Positions 44,221 through 53,917 of a stretch of 64,000 bases of DNA are shown in pieces. Source of the DNA: an uncultured Gemmatimonadales bacterium (GTDB lineage: Bacteria > Gemmatimonadota > Gemmatimonadetes > Gemmatimonadales > GWC2-71-9); the NCBI GenBank assembly GCA_963697065.1, contig CAVOMQ010000001.1, positions 770,518 through 834,517 on the forward strand, written 5' to 3'. The notes under the pieces were generated by a model, which worked only from the letters and a program-made list of their open reading frames with translations, had not been told where the DNA came from and searched no databases. The position numbers and the translations under genes were made by a program. Position 1 is the stretch's first letter; each line of letters opens with the position of its first letter.

Positions 44221-45888
44221 TTACTGCGGTCCTCCCCGTGCCGCCGGTTCCGCCATCCGCAACGCCTCCGGCAGACTCGCCGCCAGGTCCTGCTGCCCCA
44301 CTTCATCGAGCAGTCCCGATTGCGCCATCGCCACCATCGGTTGGGCGTGCAGCCCGCTGAGGATGACGCGGATCCCCTCGGCGCGGGCCTGCCGGATGAC
44401 GGTGCGCAGCGCGTGGATGCCGGTGGCATCCATCGCCGGCACGTGACGCAACCGGATGATCAGCACCTTCGGCTTGCGCGCCACCGTTTCGATGGCGTTC
44501 CGGAATGTCTCGGCGGCGCCGAAGAAGAACGGGCCGTTCACCTCGTAGACCTGCACGTCGTCTGGAATCGCCGCCGGCGCGATGATCTCCATGTCGGCCT
44601 CTTCGGCGGCGTCGGGATCGGCGACCTCCCGCGTGATCGGCGTCACGTTGGTGACTTCCGCCATCCGCTTCATGAAGAGGAACGCGGCGAGCACCATCCC
44701 GACTTCGATGGCGGTGGTGAGGTCGATGAACACGGTGAGCAGGAAGGTCACCATCAGCACCGCCACGTCGCTGCGCGGCGAGCGCAGCAGGCTCCGGAAC
44801 GAGCGCCACTCGCTCATGTGGTACGACACCACCACCAGAATGCCGGCAAGCGCCGCCATCGGGATGAGCGCCGCCCAACGCCCGAAGAAGAGCGTGATCA
44901 GCAGCAGCGTCAGCGCGTGTGCCATTCCCGCCACCGGCGTGCGCCCGCCGTTCTTGACGTTGGTGGCGGTGCGCGCGATGGCGCCGGTGGCCGGAATGCC
45001 ACCGAAGAGCGGGCTGGCAATGTTGGCGACGCCCTGTGCCACCAATTCCATGTTCGAGCGGTGCCGCCCGCCGATCATCCCGTCGGCCACCACCGCCGAG
45101 AGCAGTGATTCTACCGAGCCGAGCAGCGCGATGGTGAACGCCGGGCCGATCAGCTGCGAGATGCGCGCAACGGTGATGTGCGGCAACGTCGGAGCGGGCA
45201 GCCCGGCGTGGATGGCGCCGAAGCGCGACCCGATGGTTTCCACCGGGAGATGGAAGATGCGAACGACGACGGCCGACGCGACCACCACCACGAACGGGCC
45301 CGGTACTCGCCGGCTGACCCACGGCCAGAGCCAGATCAGCACGATCGATCCCAGCGAGATCGCCAGCGCCCACGGATTGATCGACGTCAGGTGGGTGAAG
45401 AAGAGCTGCCACTTGGGAACGAACGCCGCCGGCACGTTGGCGACGTCGAGGCCGAGGAAGTCCTTCACCTGGCTGGAGAAGATCACCACCGCGATGCCGC
45501 TGGTGAATCCGATCACCACGGTGTGCGGAATGAACTTGATGGCGGCACCGAGGCGCGCCAGGCCGAAGCCGACAAGCAGCACGCCGGCCATCATCCCCGC
45601 CAGCTGCAGCCCGTCTACTCCGTACTGCTGCACGATGGCGTAGACGATGACGATGAATGCGCCGGTGGGACCGCCGATCTGGACCCGCGAGCCACCGAGG
45701 GCCGAGATCAGGAACCCGGCGATGATCGCGGTGTAGAGACCGCGCTCCGGGGTGACGCCGCTGGCCACCGCGAAGGCGATGGCGAGCGGGATGGCGACGA
45801 TGCCGACGATGACGCCGGCGGAGATGTCATTGAGGAATTGTTGGCGGGTATAACCGCGAAGGGTGCTGAGCAGTTTGGGGACGAGCAT
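44221..45888 (-). CDS. SulP family inorganic anion transporter with C-terminal STAS domain
   Basis: 555 aa. SulP N-terminal signature (GVIVGIVAIPLAIAFAVASG, GGSRVQIGGPTGAF). STAS-like C-terminus (VQVYEVNGPFFFGAAETF...LIIRLRHVPAMDATG). Confidence 0.95.
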   Translation of the reverse strand: MLVPKLLSTLRGYTRQQFLNDISAGVIVGIVAIPLAIAFAVASGVTPERGLYTAIIAGFLISALGGSRVQIGGPTGAFIVIVYAIVQQYGVDGLQLAGMMAGVLLVGFGLARLGAAIKFIPHTVVIGFTSGIAVVIFSSQVKDFLGLDVANVPAAFVPKWQLFFTHLTSINPWALAISLGSIVLIWLWPWVSRRVPGPFVVVVASAVVVRIFHLPVETIGSRFGAIHAGLPAPTLPHITVARISQLIGPAFTIALLGSVESLLSAVVADGMIGGRHRSNMELVAQGVANIASPLFGGIPATGAIARTATNVKNGGRTPVAGMAHALTLLLITLFFGRWAALIPMAALAGILVVVSYHMSEWRSFRSLLRSPRSDVAVLMVTFLLTVFIDLTTAIEVGMVLAAFLFMKRMAEVTNVTPITREVADPDAAEEADMEIIAPAAIPDDVQVYEVNGPFFFGAAETFRNAIETVARKPKVLIIRLRHVPAMDATGIHALRTVIRQARAEGIRVILSGLHAQPMVAMAQSGLLDEVGQQDLAASLPEALRMAEPAARGGPQ

Positions 45889-45981
45889 TCACGCGCCGGT
45901 TCGAGGCGGGGGAATAGTGCTCGCCGGCAGGCCCGCGGGCAATACCTGCCGAGCCGCGGCTTCAGCCGCGGGCCGTCCGCC

Positions 45982-48264
45982 TCACTGCCCGCACGACGGC
46001 ATCGTCGCCGGGCACTGTGCCGGCGTGATCTTGAACGTCGCCGCGCCGGTACTCGACAGCCAGTTGCTGCCGCCGGGGTACGTCGCGCTGGCATTCGCCG
46101 TCCCGATCGCGACGTTGTTGGTATACGTGATCGGCACCACCGGCAGATCGAGGCCGCCCGGGCCGGTCACTTTCGCGGTGCAGGCGTTGGTGATCGGCGA
46201 CCCGGTGTACTTCTCGTTGGAACACGTCACCACCGTGACGGTGGCGGCCTGCAGGATCTGGAACGTCGCCGCACCGGAGCTCGGCAGCCAGTTGCCGCCG
46301 CCGGCATATGCCGCACTCGCGCTGGCGGTGCCGGCCAAGACGTTGTTGCCATAGGTGATCGGCGCCACCGGCTGATCGAGCCCACCAGGACCGGTCACCA
46401 CGGCGTCGCAGACATTGGTGATCGCCGACCCGGTGTATGTCGCGTTGGCACAGTTGACGGTCGTGACGGTGGCAGCCGGCGTGATCTGGAACGTGGCCGA
46501 TCCGCTCACCGCACCGAGATCACCGCTGCCGGTATAGGTATACGACGCGGTCGCGGTGCCGACGCCGACATTGTCGGTGTACGTCGGCGTGGCGGTGAAG
46601 TTCAGTCCCGGTCCGGTGATGGTGGCCGTGCACGGCGTGAGCGGCGCGCCGGTGTATGGCTCCGATTCGGGGCAGCTCAACGCCACCGACGGTGTCGACT
46701 GGTCGATGGTGATCGTCGCTGTTGCCTTCGACTGCTGGTAGAGCGGGCTCCCCGCGTTGCACGTCGCGGTGAACGGGTACGTGCCGGCGCCTACCGGTGG
46801 CGATCCGTCCTTGGTGCCGTACGTCAGCGTGGGCGTGACACCATTCGAGCAGCTCCCGCTGCCGGGATGCGGCATGCCGTCAAACGGCACCGTGACATCG
46901 CTTGCCGACGCGGTGCTCGGCAGCGGGTCGCCGGTGGCGGTGAAGGTCACCCCCGACTCCTGGTTGCCGTTGCCGTCGACGAAGATCACGCCCTCCGGCG
47001 CATCGCCGCCGGGTGTCGGCATTGCGGTGACGACGTTGGTGCCGGCGTCTGGCCCGAGCGTCCAGCAGACGCCGGCCTTGCCGTCGGTGTCGGTGGCGTT
47101 GCTGGCGGCGCTGCCGAACGTGCCGCAGGCATTGTCGCCCAGCGTGTCAGGAGCAATGCTCCCGCCGCCCGCGGTGACGTTCCAGCTCAACGGCACGCCG
47201 ATGAAGGGCGTCCCCTGTGCCGTATGGATGGTGACGACGGGGCGGCAGAGCGGATTGAGCGGCTCTCCCGCCGTGGTGTCGGCGGAGAGGCAGTTGTCAC
47301 CCTGCGCCGCGAAGGCCTGGTTCGGCACCTTCGAACCGAGCTTGAACTCGGTGGCCGATCCGCCCACACCACCCGACGCGAAGAGGGCGTTGTCGACGGC
47401 GCCGAACGGCGAGAACTCCGTCGCCGAGCCGCCGACGCCGCCCGATCCGTACGCCAGGGTGCGCGCATAGAGCTTGGCCGGCAGCACGAGATCGGCCAAC
47501 GTCCGAAGCCACTTCGGCAGACGGCTGGAGGCGCTCGACGAGGGGCAGCCGAGGAAGCTCGGATCGGCCGGTGGCGTGATCTCGAAGCCGCTGCTGGCCT
47601 GGTGCCCGATCCGGAGCCGCTGGAAGACGTCGTCGGGAACCTGCAGCGACGCGGAGATGCACACCGCCACCACCACCGGCTTCATCAGCGGCGACGACGA
47701 CGAGATGGTGAGGAACGTCGGGTACTGATCGAGTTTGGTATCGAGCCCGGACGGGCCGTTCGGGTCGAGCTCGTTGATGGTGAGCATGGTCGGCACGTCG
47801 ACGGTGCCCGGTCCGAGCAACACGCCCGAGTTGCCCGAGCTGCTCATGACGACCTGGGTGTCGGCGGACGGCTGGACGAGATAGGTGTTCTGCGACAGCC
47901 CGGCGTAGCAGAGCACGCTGCCGATGAAGTTGTTGATCTCCGCGGGCTTGCCCGGGAGTGTCGCCTGCATCGCCTGCTGCTCGACCCACGTGACGATGCC
48001 CTTTGCCGCAGCCTGCGCGCCGGCGGAGTCACCCTGTGCGACGATCCCCTTGAGGGTGTCGAGTTTCGCGAGCAGCGGCTGCACGCCGGCGGAGCTGCCG
48101 CCGTACACCTGCCAGGCGAGACTGGTGAGCTTGAACAGGGTGGTGCACGAGCCGAGGCCGTTCACCTCGGTCGGCCCCGACGGGGTGCCCGTGGGCGCAT
48201 TGCCGTTGCACCCCGCCGAAATGATCATGGCGGCAACAACGACCCACACGGAACGCTGGCGCAT
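45982..48264 (-). CDS. Large surface lipoprotein with four C-terminal Ig-like/MBG-type repeats
   Basis: ATG 48264. Lipobox IISAGC. The C-terminal ~300 aa form four ~76-aa modules (...YTGSAITNVCDAVVTGPGGLDQPVAPITYGNNVLAGTASA...ATFQI). Confidence 0.85.
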   Translation of the reverse strand: MRQRSVWVVVAAMIISAGCNGNAPTGTPSGPTEVNGLGSCTTLFKLTSLAWQVYGGSSAGVQPLLAKLDTLKGIVAQGDSAGAQAAAKGIVTWVEQQAMQATLPGKPAEINNFIGSVLCYAGLSQNTYLVQPSADTQVVMSSSGNSGVLLGPGTVDVPTMLTINELDPNGPSGLDTKLDQYPTFLTISSSSPLMKPVVVAVCISASLQVPDDVFQRLRIGHQASSGFEITPPADPSFLGCPSSSASSRLPKWLRTLADLVLPAKLYARTLAYGSGGVGGSATEFSPFGAVDNALFASGGVGGSATEFKLGSKVPNQAFAAQGDNCLSADTTAGEPLNPLCRPVVTIHTAQGTPFIGVPLSWNVTAGGGSIAPDTLGDNACGTFGSAASNATDTDGKAGVCWTLGPDAGTNVVTAMPTPGGDAPEGVIFVDGNGNQESGVTFTATGDPLPSTASASDVTVPFDGMPHPGSGSCSNGVTPTLTYGTKDGSPPVGAGTYPFTATCNAGSPLYQQSKATATITIDQSTPSVALSCPESEPYTGAPLTPCTATITGPGLNFTATPTYTDNVGVGTATASYTYTGSGDLGAVSGSATFQITPAATVTTVNCANATYTGSAITNVCDAVVTGPGGLDQPVAPITYGNNVLAGTASASAAYAGGGNWLPSSGAATFQILQAATVTVVTCSNEKYTGSPITNACTAKVTGPGGLDLPVVPITYTNNVAIGTANASATYPGGSNWLSSTGAATFKITPAQCPATMPSCGQ

Positions 48265-48373
48265 CTTCACCCCTGACAGGAAACCGGCCCGAACAAGCCA
48301 TGGAACGTGCCGTTCGGAGGGCGGAAGCGCAAGCGGACGGGGGGCCGGGTGCGGCAAGCGGGTCCGATCGAGC

Positions 48374-48490
48374 CGGGGTCACGACGGGGGAGACCTCTTG
48401 CGCCGCAGGTCGCAGGCACCATCGTCGAGGGGCGGCGTTCCTCCAATGCGACCTGCGGCGCGGCGAGGTCCCCCCGTCGCGACCCCCGCG
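48374..48490 (+). repeat. Fifth copy of the 33-kb palindromic element
   Basis: GGGGTCACGACGGGGGAGACCTCTTGCGCCGCAGGTCGCAGGCACC...TTCCTCCAATGCGACCTGCGGCGCGGCGAGGTCCCCCCGTCGCGACCCC, between the kinase stop (48529) and the lipoprotein start (48264). Confidence 0.9.
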
Positions 48491-48528
48491 TCACCAACGT
48501 CACCCAAGTGGCTACGGTCTTGCCATCC

Positions 48529-51270
48529 TCACTGCTTGCCCGACCCCACCAGCTGCTGGAACGCCGGATAGTCCTGCAACGATCGGAACTCCCACCCCGG
48601 GTCCTGCCGGTACCCGGCCACCCGCTGAGGATTCACGGCAAAGTTGAGCTTGAGCAGGTCGACGGCCTGCTGTTTGTCGCCGAGCGTGGTGTAGGCGATG
48701 GCGCCGTAGAGGGCGAGATCGCGATTCGGGTCGATGCCGGGGTCGCCAAGGGAACGCTGCACCAGGTGGCGGGCGCTGTCGGCGAGCGCCGGAGTGGTCT
48801 TGCTGGCCCGCGCGATCACCGTGGCGACCAGCATGTCGGAGTTCAACGTCCACAGCTGCCGCTGCGGGGCCGGGGCCTCGGCGCTCACCGAGTCGGCCAG
48901 CAGCCAGGCGCGCGAGATATCAGGCGTGACGGCTGTGGTCGTGAGGAAGAGCAGGTTGCAGCGCGCCGCGCGATAGTCGGCGGGAAAGCGGCGATTGAAC
49001 ACCTGGCACCAACTGTTCACCTGATCGAAATTGCCCAGGTCATATGCTGCCAGGACGAGTCGCGTCAACACCAGTTCGGCGCCGGTCTGGAACTCGTCGG
49101 CCTGATAGGCGCGCTGGGCGGCGAGCAGGACGTCGGTGTTGGCCGAGGTCGGATAGTTGTTGTAGAGGTGCGAAAGCGACGCCCAGGCGCCGGCCTGCTG
49201 GGGGTTGGTCCGCGTGGCGTGTTCCAGGTCGTTCTTGGCGGCGGTGATCAGCGCCGCCTTCTTCGCCGGATCGGTCTCGAGGTTCTGCAGCCAGCTCCAG
49301 TACTCGAGGTCACCGCGCAGCTCGAGCGCGTCGGCGTTGTTCGGATCGATCTGGAGCGCCGTGTCGGCGTACGCGGTGCCGAGCGTGACCCACCGGCGCA
49401 TCTCCATCGGGTCGCGGGTGATGCGCGAACGGCGATAGGCGAGGAGGCCGCGCTGCGTCACCGGATCGGGCCACTTCCGGTCGAGCGACGCGGATGCGGC
49501 GAAGAGTGAATCGGCGGCGTGGTACCCGCGGGCGATGCCTGCCGAGTCGTTGTTGCCCACCGCCGTCTCCATCCCGCGACGCGCCTCCTGGCCACGTTGC
49601 AGAAGGAGCCAGGCGTCGTTGTTCGACGCGGCGGCGCGCTGCTGCTGCAGGGTGATCTGTTCACCAAGTTGCTGGCGGATGAGCCCGGCGACGCTGGTGG
49701 CGAGCGAATCGCGGATGGCGAGAATGTTATTGGCCGGCGCGGTGAAGCTCGCGGTCTTGAGGTCGACACCGCTGCCGTCCTCGAAGCGGATCCCGACGGT
49801 GATCCGGTCACCCGTCCTGCCGACCTGGCCGCGCACCAGATAGCCGGCGCTGAGCGCGCGCGCGATGCTGTCGTCGGGGAGGTTCGCGTCGCGGAAGCGG
49901 GCGGCGCCGGCGCTCGAAATCACCGTGAAACTCGACCCGCCGGAGAGCGACTGGATCAGCCCTTCGGTGAGACCGTCGGCGACCGGCGTCAACGAGTGAT
50001 CGCTACTCGCGTCGGTGAAGTAGAGCACCGCGAGGCGATGCGCTTCCGGGCCGGCGTTGACGAGTTGCCGCGCCCGCGCCGCAGCGGCGGCCGCCGTGCG
50101 CCAGCGCCAGACACCGATGCCGCCACCAATGAGCACCAGGGCCGCCACCGCGAGCACCCAGGGGCGCCGCCACAATGGCACCGGCGCCATGCCCTGCGCG
50201 GCGTACATCCCGGTGGGGGTGCGCCGCATGGTGGTGGTCGACATGCGCATCGCCCGCATCGTGGCGGTGGAGCCGGGTGTCATGCCGAGGAGTTCGACGA
50301 ACTTCGCCGCCGTCTGCGGCCGGTCGGCGGGGACCTTTCCCATCGCGGCGTAGATCGCCTCTTCGACTTCTTCCGGCACGGCGTTCCGCACGATCCGGAT
50401 GCTCGGCACCTGTTCCATGGCGTGGCGCGCCATGATCTGCATCGAGTTCTGGCCGGTGAACGGCGGCACGCCGGCGAGCATCTCGTAGAGCATGCAGCCG
50501 AGGCTGTAGATGTCGGCAGTGGGACCGACGGTGTCGCCGCTGGCCTGCTCGGGCGCCATGTAGTACGGCGTGCCCATCGACATGCCGGTCTGCGTCAGCT
50601 TGCGATCGCCGGTCTGCGACACTGCCCGCGCGATGCCGAAGTCGGCGACGAGCGCGTGGTTGCCGCTGAGCAGCACGTTCTCCGGCTTGATGTCGCGGTG
50701 GACGATCCCCTGTTCGTGCGCGTAGCCGAGCGCGTCGGCCACCTGCAGCGTGATCGCGATGGCGTCGTCGACGGGCAGCATCTTCTCGCGGTCGAGCTTG
50801 TCGCGCAGCGATTCGCCCTTGACGAACGGCATGACGTAGAAGAGCAGATCGGCCGCGGAGCCCGAATCGTAGAGGCCGAGGATGTTGGGGTGCTGCAGCT
50901 TGGCGGCGAGGCGGATCTCGCGCTCGAACCGTTCGGCGCCGACCGAGGCGGAGAGGTCGGGGTGCAGCACCTTGATGGCGACTTCGCGGTCGTGCTTGAG
51001 GTCCTTCGCGAGAAAGACCGTGGCCATGCCGCCGTGGCCGAGTTCGCGTTCGATCTGGTAGCGATCGCCGAGGGCACCGCGGAGCCGGGAAATGGTGTCG
51101 GAGGCGGCAGCGGGGTCGGCGACGGCGGACGACGGAGTGATCGATGGCGGTGTCGCGGCCGGCGCCGGGGTCGACGCCGGCATCTCGACGGTGAAGTTCC
51201 TCCCGCAGCGATGGCAGAAGATCGCGTCGGGGGGGGGCGGGGTCCCGCAGTTGGGGCAGGTTTCGGGCAT
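48529..51270 (-). CDS. Ser/Thr protein kinase with N-terminal zinc-ribbon and C-terminal TPR-like domain
   Basis: ATG 51270 (MPETCPNCGTPPPPDAIFCHRCG). GHGGMATVF...VAIKVL, HRDIKPENVLL, DFGIAR, GTPYYMAPE. One TM helix, then a long helical-repeat region. Confidence 0.9.
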   Translation of the reverse strand: MPETCPNCGTPPPPDAIFCHRCGRNFTVEMPASTPAPAATPPSITPSSAVADPAAASDTISRLRGALGDRYQIERELGHGGMATVFLAKDLKHDREVAIKVLHPDLSASVGAERFEREIRLAAKLQHPNILGLYDSGSAADLLFYVMPFVKGESLRDKLDREKMLPVDDAIAITLQVADALGYAHEQGIVHRDIKPENVLLSGNHALVADFGIARAVSQTGDRKLTQTGMSMGTPYYMAPEQASGDTVGPTADIYSLGCMLYEMLAGVPPFTGQNSMQIMARHAMEQVPSIRIVRNAVPEEVEEAIYAAMGKVPADRPQTAAKFVELLGMTPGSTATMRAMRMSTTTMRRTPTGMYAAQGMAPVPLWRRPWVLAVAALVLIGGGIGVWRWRTAAAAAARARQLVNAGPEAHRLAVLYFTDASSDHSLTPVADGLTEGLIQSLSGGSSFTVISSAGAARFRDANLPDDSIARALSAGYLVRGQVGRTGDRITVGIRFEDGSGVDLKTASFTAPANNILAIRDSLATSVAGLIRQQLGEQITLQQQRAAASNNDAWLLLQRGQEARRGMETAVGNNDSAGIARGYHAADSLFAASASLDRKWPDPVTQRGLLAYRRSRITRDPMEMRRWVTLGTAYADTALQIDPNNADALELRGDLEYWSWLQNLETDPAKKAALITAAKNDLEHATRTNPQQAGAWASLSHLYNNYPTSANTDVLLAAQRAYQADEFQTGAELVLTRLVLAAYDLGNFDQVNSWCQVFNRRFPADYRAARCNLLFLTTTAVTPDISRAWLLADSVSAEAPAPQRQLWTLNSDMLVATVIARASKTTPALADSARHLVQRSLGDPGIDPNRDLALYGAIAYTTLGDKQQAVDLLKLNFAVNPQRVAGYRQDPGWEFRSLQDYPAFQQLVGSGKQ

Positions 51271-51342
51271 CGGGTCAAACTTACGATACGGCGGATCGGC
51301 GCGCCGGGGGAGGGGCGAGTGAAGGCGGGCAAGGCAAGATCG

Positions 51343-51360
51343 CCCATGGCCCGTGGCCCC
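51343..51360 (-). repeat. GGGNNNN heptads on the minus strand (3 tracts)
   Basis: Plus strand CCCATGGCCCGTGGCCCC, 73-90 nt upstream of the minus-strand kinase start. Confidence 0.75.
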
Positions 51361-51455
51361 GCACACGGAACTCGGCGCGCGACGGCAGGGCAGTGCGGCA
51401 TCAGGGCTGGTCTTGCGGCGACCTCCGGCGGTAGCTGAGGCCGAGTCACTCCTGC

Positions 51456-51480
51456 GGGGCCATGGGCTCTGGGCTCTGGG
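51456..51480 (+). repeat. GGGNNNN heptad array (4 G-tracts)
   Basis: GGGGCCATGGGCTCTGGGCTCTGGG, 56-80 nt upstream of the plus-strand kinase start at 51536. Confidence 0.85.
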
Positions 51481-51535
51481 CACCTTTCGGACTCCGCGGT
51501 TCTCCAATCACCTCAATTGTGGCCATTATTAAGGC

Positions 51536-52534
51536 ATGTCAGCTCCCCCGCCCGATCCCGCGAACCTCACCGGCGCCGTTCTCGACGGCCGCTATGACGT
51601 GGGCAAGCGCGTCGGTGCCGGCGGGTCGGCATTCGTATACGAGGCCCGCGACACCACGAACGATCACCAGGTCGCCATCAAGGTGCTGCTTCCCGATCTT
51701 CTCCAGGACGCGGTGGCGATGGAGCGACTGCGCCGTGAAGCGTCGATGGGCGCGCAGCTGGAGCATCCCAACCTCTGCCACATCATCCGGATCGGGAAGG
51801 CGGTGGGGTTCGAGTTCGTCGTGATGCCGTTCGTCGCCGGCGAACTGCTCTGCGACCGGGTGTTCAAGACCGGGCCGCTGTCGCTGGCGTCGGCGGCGAC
51901 GTTCGTGGCGGACATGGCGGACGGGCTCGACTTCGCGCATCGGAAGGGCATCATCCACCGCGACCTCAAGCCCGAAAACGTGATGATCGTGCGCGATGCC
52001 GACGGGGGCGAGCGCGCCGTGGTGATGGATTTCGGCCTCGCGATCGTGCGCGACATGGGCGCCGATTCGGCGCGGCTCACCCGCACCGGTCTCGTGGTGG
52101 GGACGCCGGAGTTCATGTCACCCGAACAGATGTGCGCGATGCCGGTCGATGCCCGGAGTGACGTCTACTCGCTGGCGTTCATGACCTACGAATTGCTCAC
52201 CGGGCAGCTGCCGTTCGAGTACAAGTCGCAGCACGAGCTGATGCTGGCGCGGCTCCGCGGGCTGGCGATTCCGATCCGTCAGCGCCGGCCCGATCTCGAG
52301 TTGTCCGAGGCGGTGGAGCAGGTGCTGGCGAAGGCGTTGCGGAAGGAACCGGCGGAGCGGTACCAGACGATGCCGGAATTTGCGGACGCGTTCGGACGCG
52401 CGGCGCGGGGGGAGGAGGTGGCAGTCGAGTTACCGCCGCCACCGCCGCCGAAGCAGCAGGCCGCGCCGGCCAAGCCGCCGGAGCCGGGTCCCGAGCCGAA
52501 GAAGCGGGGGTTGTTCGGGTTGTTCGGGAAGTAG
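51536..52534 (+). CDS. Soluble Ser/Thr protein kinase with Pro-rich tail
   Basis: GAGGSAFVY...VAIKVL, HRDLKPENVMI, DFGLA, GTPEFMSPE. No TM segment. Confidence 0.9.
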   Translation: MSAPPPDPANLTGAVLDGRYDVGKRVGAGGSAFVYEARDTTNDHQVAIKVLLPDLLQDAVAMERLRREASMGAQLEHPNLCHIIRIGKAVGFEFVVMPFVAGELLCDRVFKTGPLSLASAATFVADMADGLDFAHRKGIIHRDLKPENVMIVRDADGGERAVVMDFGLAIVRDMGADSARLTRTGLVVGTPEFMSPEQMCAMPVDARSDVYSLAFMTYELLTGQLPFEYKSQHELMLARLRGLAIPIRQRRPDLELSEAVEQVLAKALRKEPAERYQTMPEFADAFGRAARGEEVAVELPPPPPPKQQAAPAKPPEPGPEPKKRGLFGLFGK

Positions 52535-52550
52535 CGCCGGGAGTCGGCCG

Positions 52551-52802
52551 CTATGCGCCCTCCTTCACCTCGTAGATCTCGTCCGCGACCATACCGTGCG
52601 CATGTTTGTGCACGATGTTCGCCGCGTCCTTGTTGGGGGCCTCGACGAGGCAGAAGATCTTGCCCTGCTTCTCGTCGACCCAGTACCGCTGATACTTGAC
52701 CCCGTGCTTTCCCTGCAGCTCGAGGTCCTTGCGATGCGCTTCCTCGACGTCCTTCGCTGAGACCGGTCCGTCGAGATTATGAACGTCGAGATAGAGCGGC
52801 AT
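52551..52802 (-). CDS. DUF4242 (SCO4226-like) small protein
   Basis: AAGGAGAA precedes ATG 52802. MPLYLDVHNLDGPVSAKDVEEAHRKDLELQGKHGVKYQRYWVDEKQGKIFCLVEAP is the typical DUF4242 pattern. Confidence 0.8.
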   Translation of the reverse strand: MPLYLDVHNLDGPVSAKDVEEAHRKDLELQGKHGVKYQRYWVDEKQGKIFCLVEAPNKDAANIVHKHAHGMVADEIYEVKEGA

Positions 52803-52933
52803 GGTGTTCTCCTTGTCGAACGCGGATGGGCGTGCGGGCGCCTTCATTCGTGGTCCATCGGAACCGAAGAGCAATCGATGCTACGGCCGATCCCGGAAAT
52901 CCGCAACGGCCGCTTTCCCGGCAATACTTGTCC

Positions 52934-53917
52934 CTATTGGCGGCCGATCTCCGGATAGACCAGCGTCCATTCCTTGATGCCCGCGAAGAGCAGGTCGTCG
53001 GCGCGCTGGACCGCCGCGTCGGACGCCTCCTGCGTCCTGGGGGCGACCGATTCGCTCACCCGGCTTTCGATGATCACCGCTTCACGCGTCGGATGCTGGA
53101 CCAGCAAGTAACAGGTGACCGTTGCCGTGGCGGTGCCGATCACGTGCCGCGAGAGGCACTCGGCGTCGCCCGACTCATGATGGTCGTAGATGTGCGACCC
53201 GACGAATTCTCCCGGCTGCGTCCGGAAGTTCTTCGAGTCATAGACCGCCTCGACATCGTGCGCCGCCTCGGCCGAGGCGCGATCGCGATAGGCGACGAAC
53301 GTGATCGTGGCCGGGTTGATCGGCCCGGCGACGTCCACTTCGATCAGGCCGACGACGCCATCGGCCTTCTGTTGCACGTCGAGGTCGACGGTGAAATCGT
53401 GCGCCAGCTTGAGCGGCGGCGCCAGGAAGGTGGAGTCGAAGCGTTCGTGCGAGAGGAAGTCGTAGATCCTGGGCCCGGTGTAGATCGCCGGCCCGCCGGT
53501 TGCGACGGTCCCGCCACCGGAGCCGGTGTCGGGGGGTTGCGATGAGCCGGAGTCATGCCCCGACGGGATCGCCGCCGGCCGCACCCGCGTCCACACCGCG
53601 CTCCCCAGTTTCCCGGCGGCACTCAGCGAATCGCCCCGGATGAGATATGTCCCGTCGTCGACCCACGACATCGTCGTCGCCTTGAGCGAATACTTGCCGT
53701 GGCGCGCTTCGAACGCGCCACTGTGGGCGGGAACGTTTCCGGGACCCTCGGCGTGGAAATCGTAGCTGCCGTCGGCGTGGATTGCCCAGACCCATCGGGC
53801 CACGCCGTCCGCATTGGGCACATTGAGTTCCCAGGTGCCGACCAGGTCGGGGTCGACCTTCGACTGGGCACACGACGGCGAAACGAGCAGCAACAGCAGC
53901 GGAACCGCGTAACGCAC
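52934..53917 (-). CDS. Hypothetical secreted two-domain protein
   Basis: GGAGAA precedes GTG 53917. Signal peptide MRYAVPLLLLLVSPSCAQ. Gly/Ser linker between two domains. Confidence 0.75.
   Translation of the reverse strand: MRYAVPLLLLLVSPSCAQSKVDPDLVGTWELNVPNADGVARWVWAIHADGSYDFHAEGPGNVPAHSGAFEARHGKYSLKATTMSWVDDGTYLIRGDSLSAAGKLGSAVWTRVRPAAIPSGHDSGSSQPPDTGSGGGTVATGGPAIYTGPRIYDFLSHERFDSTFLAPPLKLAHDFTVDLDVQQKADGVVGLIEVDVAGPINPATITFVAYRDRASAEAAHDVEAVYDSKNFRTQPGEFVGSHIYDHHESGDAECLSRHVIGTATATVTCYLLVQHPTREAVIIESRVSESVAPRTQEASDAAVQRADDLLFAGIKEWTLVYPEIGRQ

Noticed and set aside
45178-48276. 1032-aa plus-strand ORF, and similar long ORFs at 24051..25214(-), 24725..26134(-), 49519..51438(+), 44167..45108(+), 32236..34467(-) and 26590..28206(-)
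   Set aside because: They run antisense to genes with clear family signatures (SulP, lipoprotein, kinases, efflux genes). They are Arg/Gly/Pro/His-rich low-complexity translations typical of stop-poor antisense frames in high-GC DNA.
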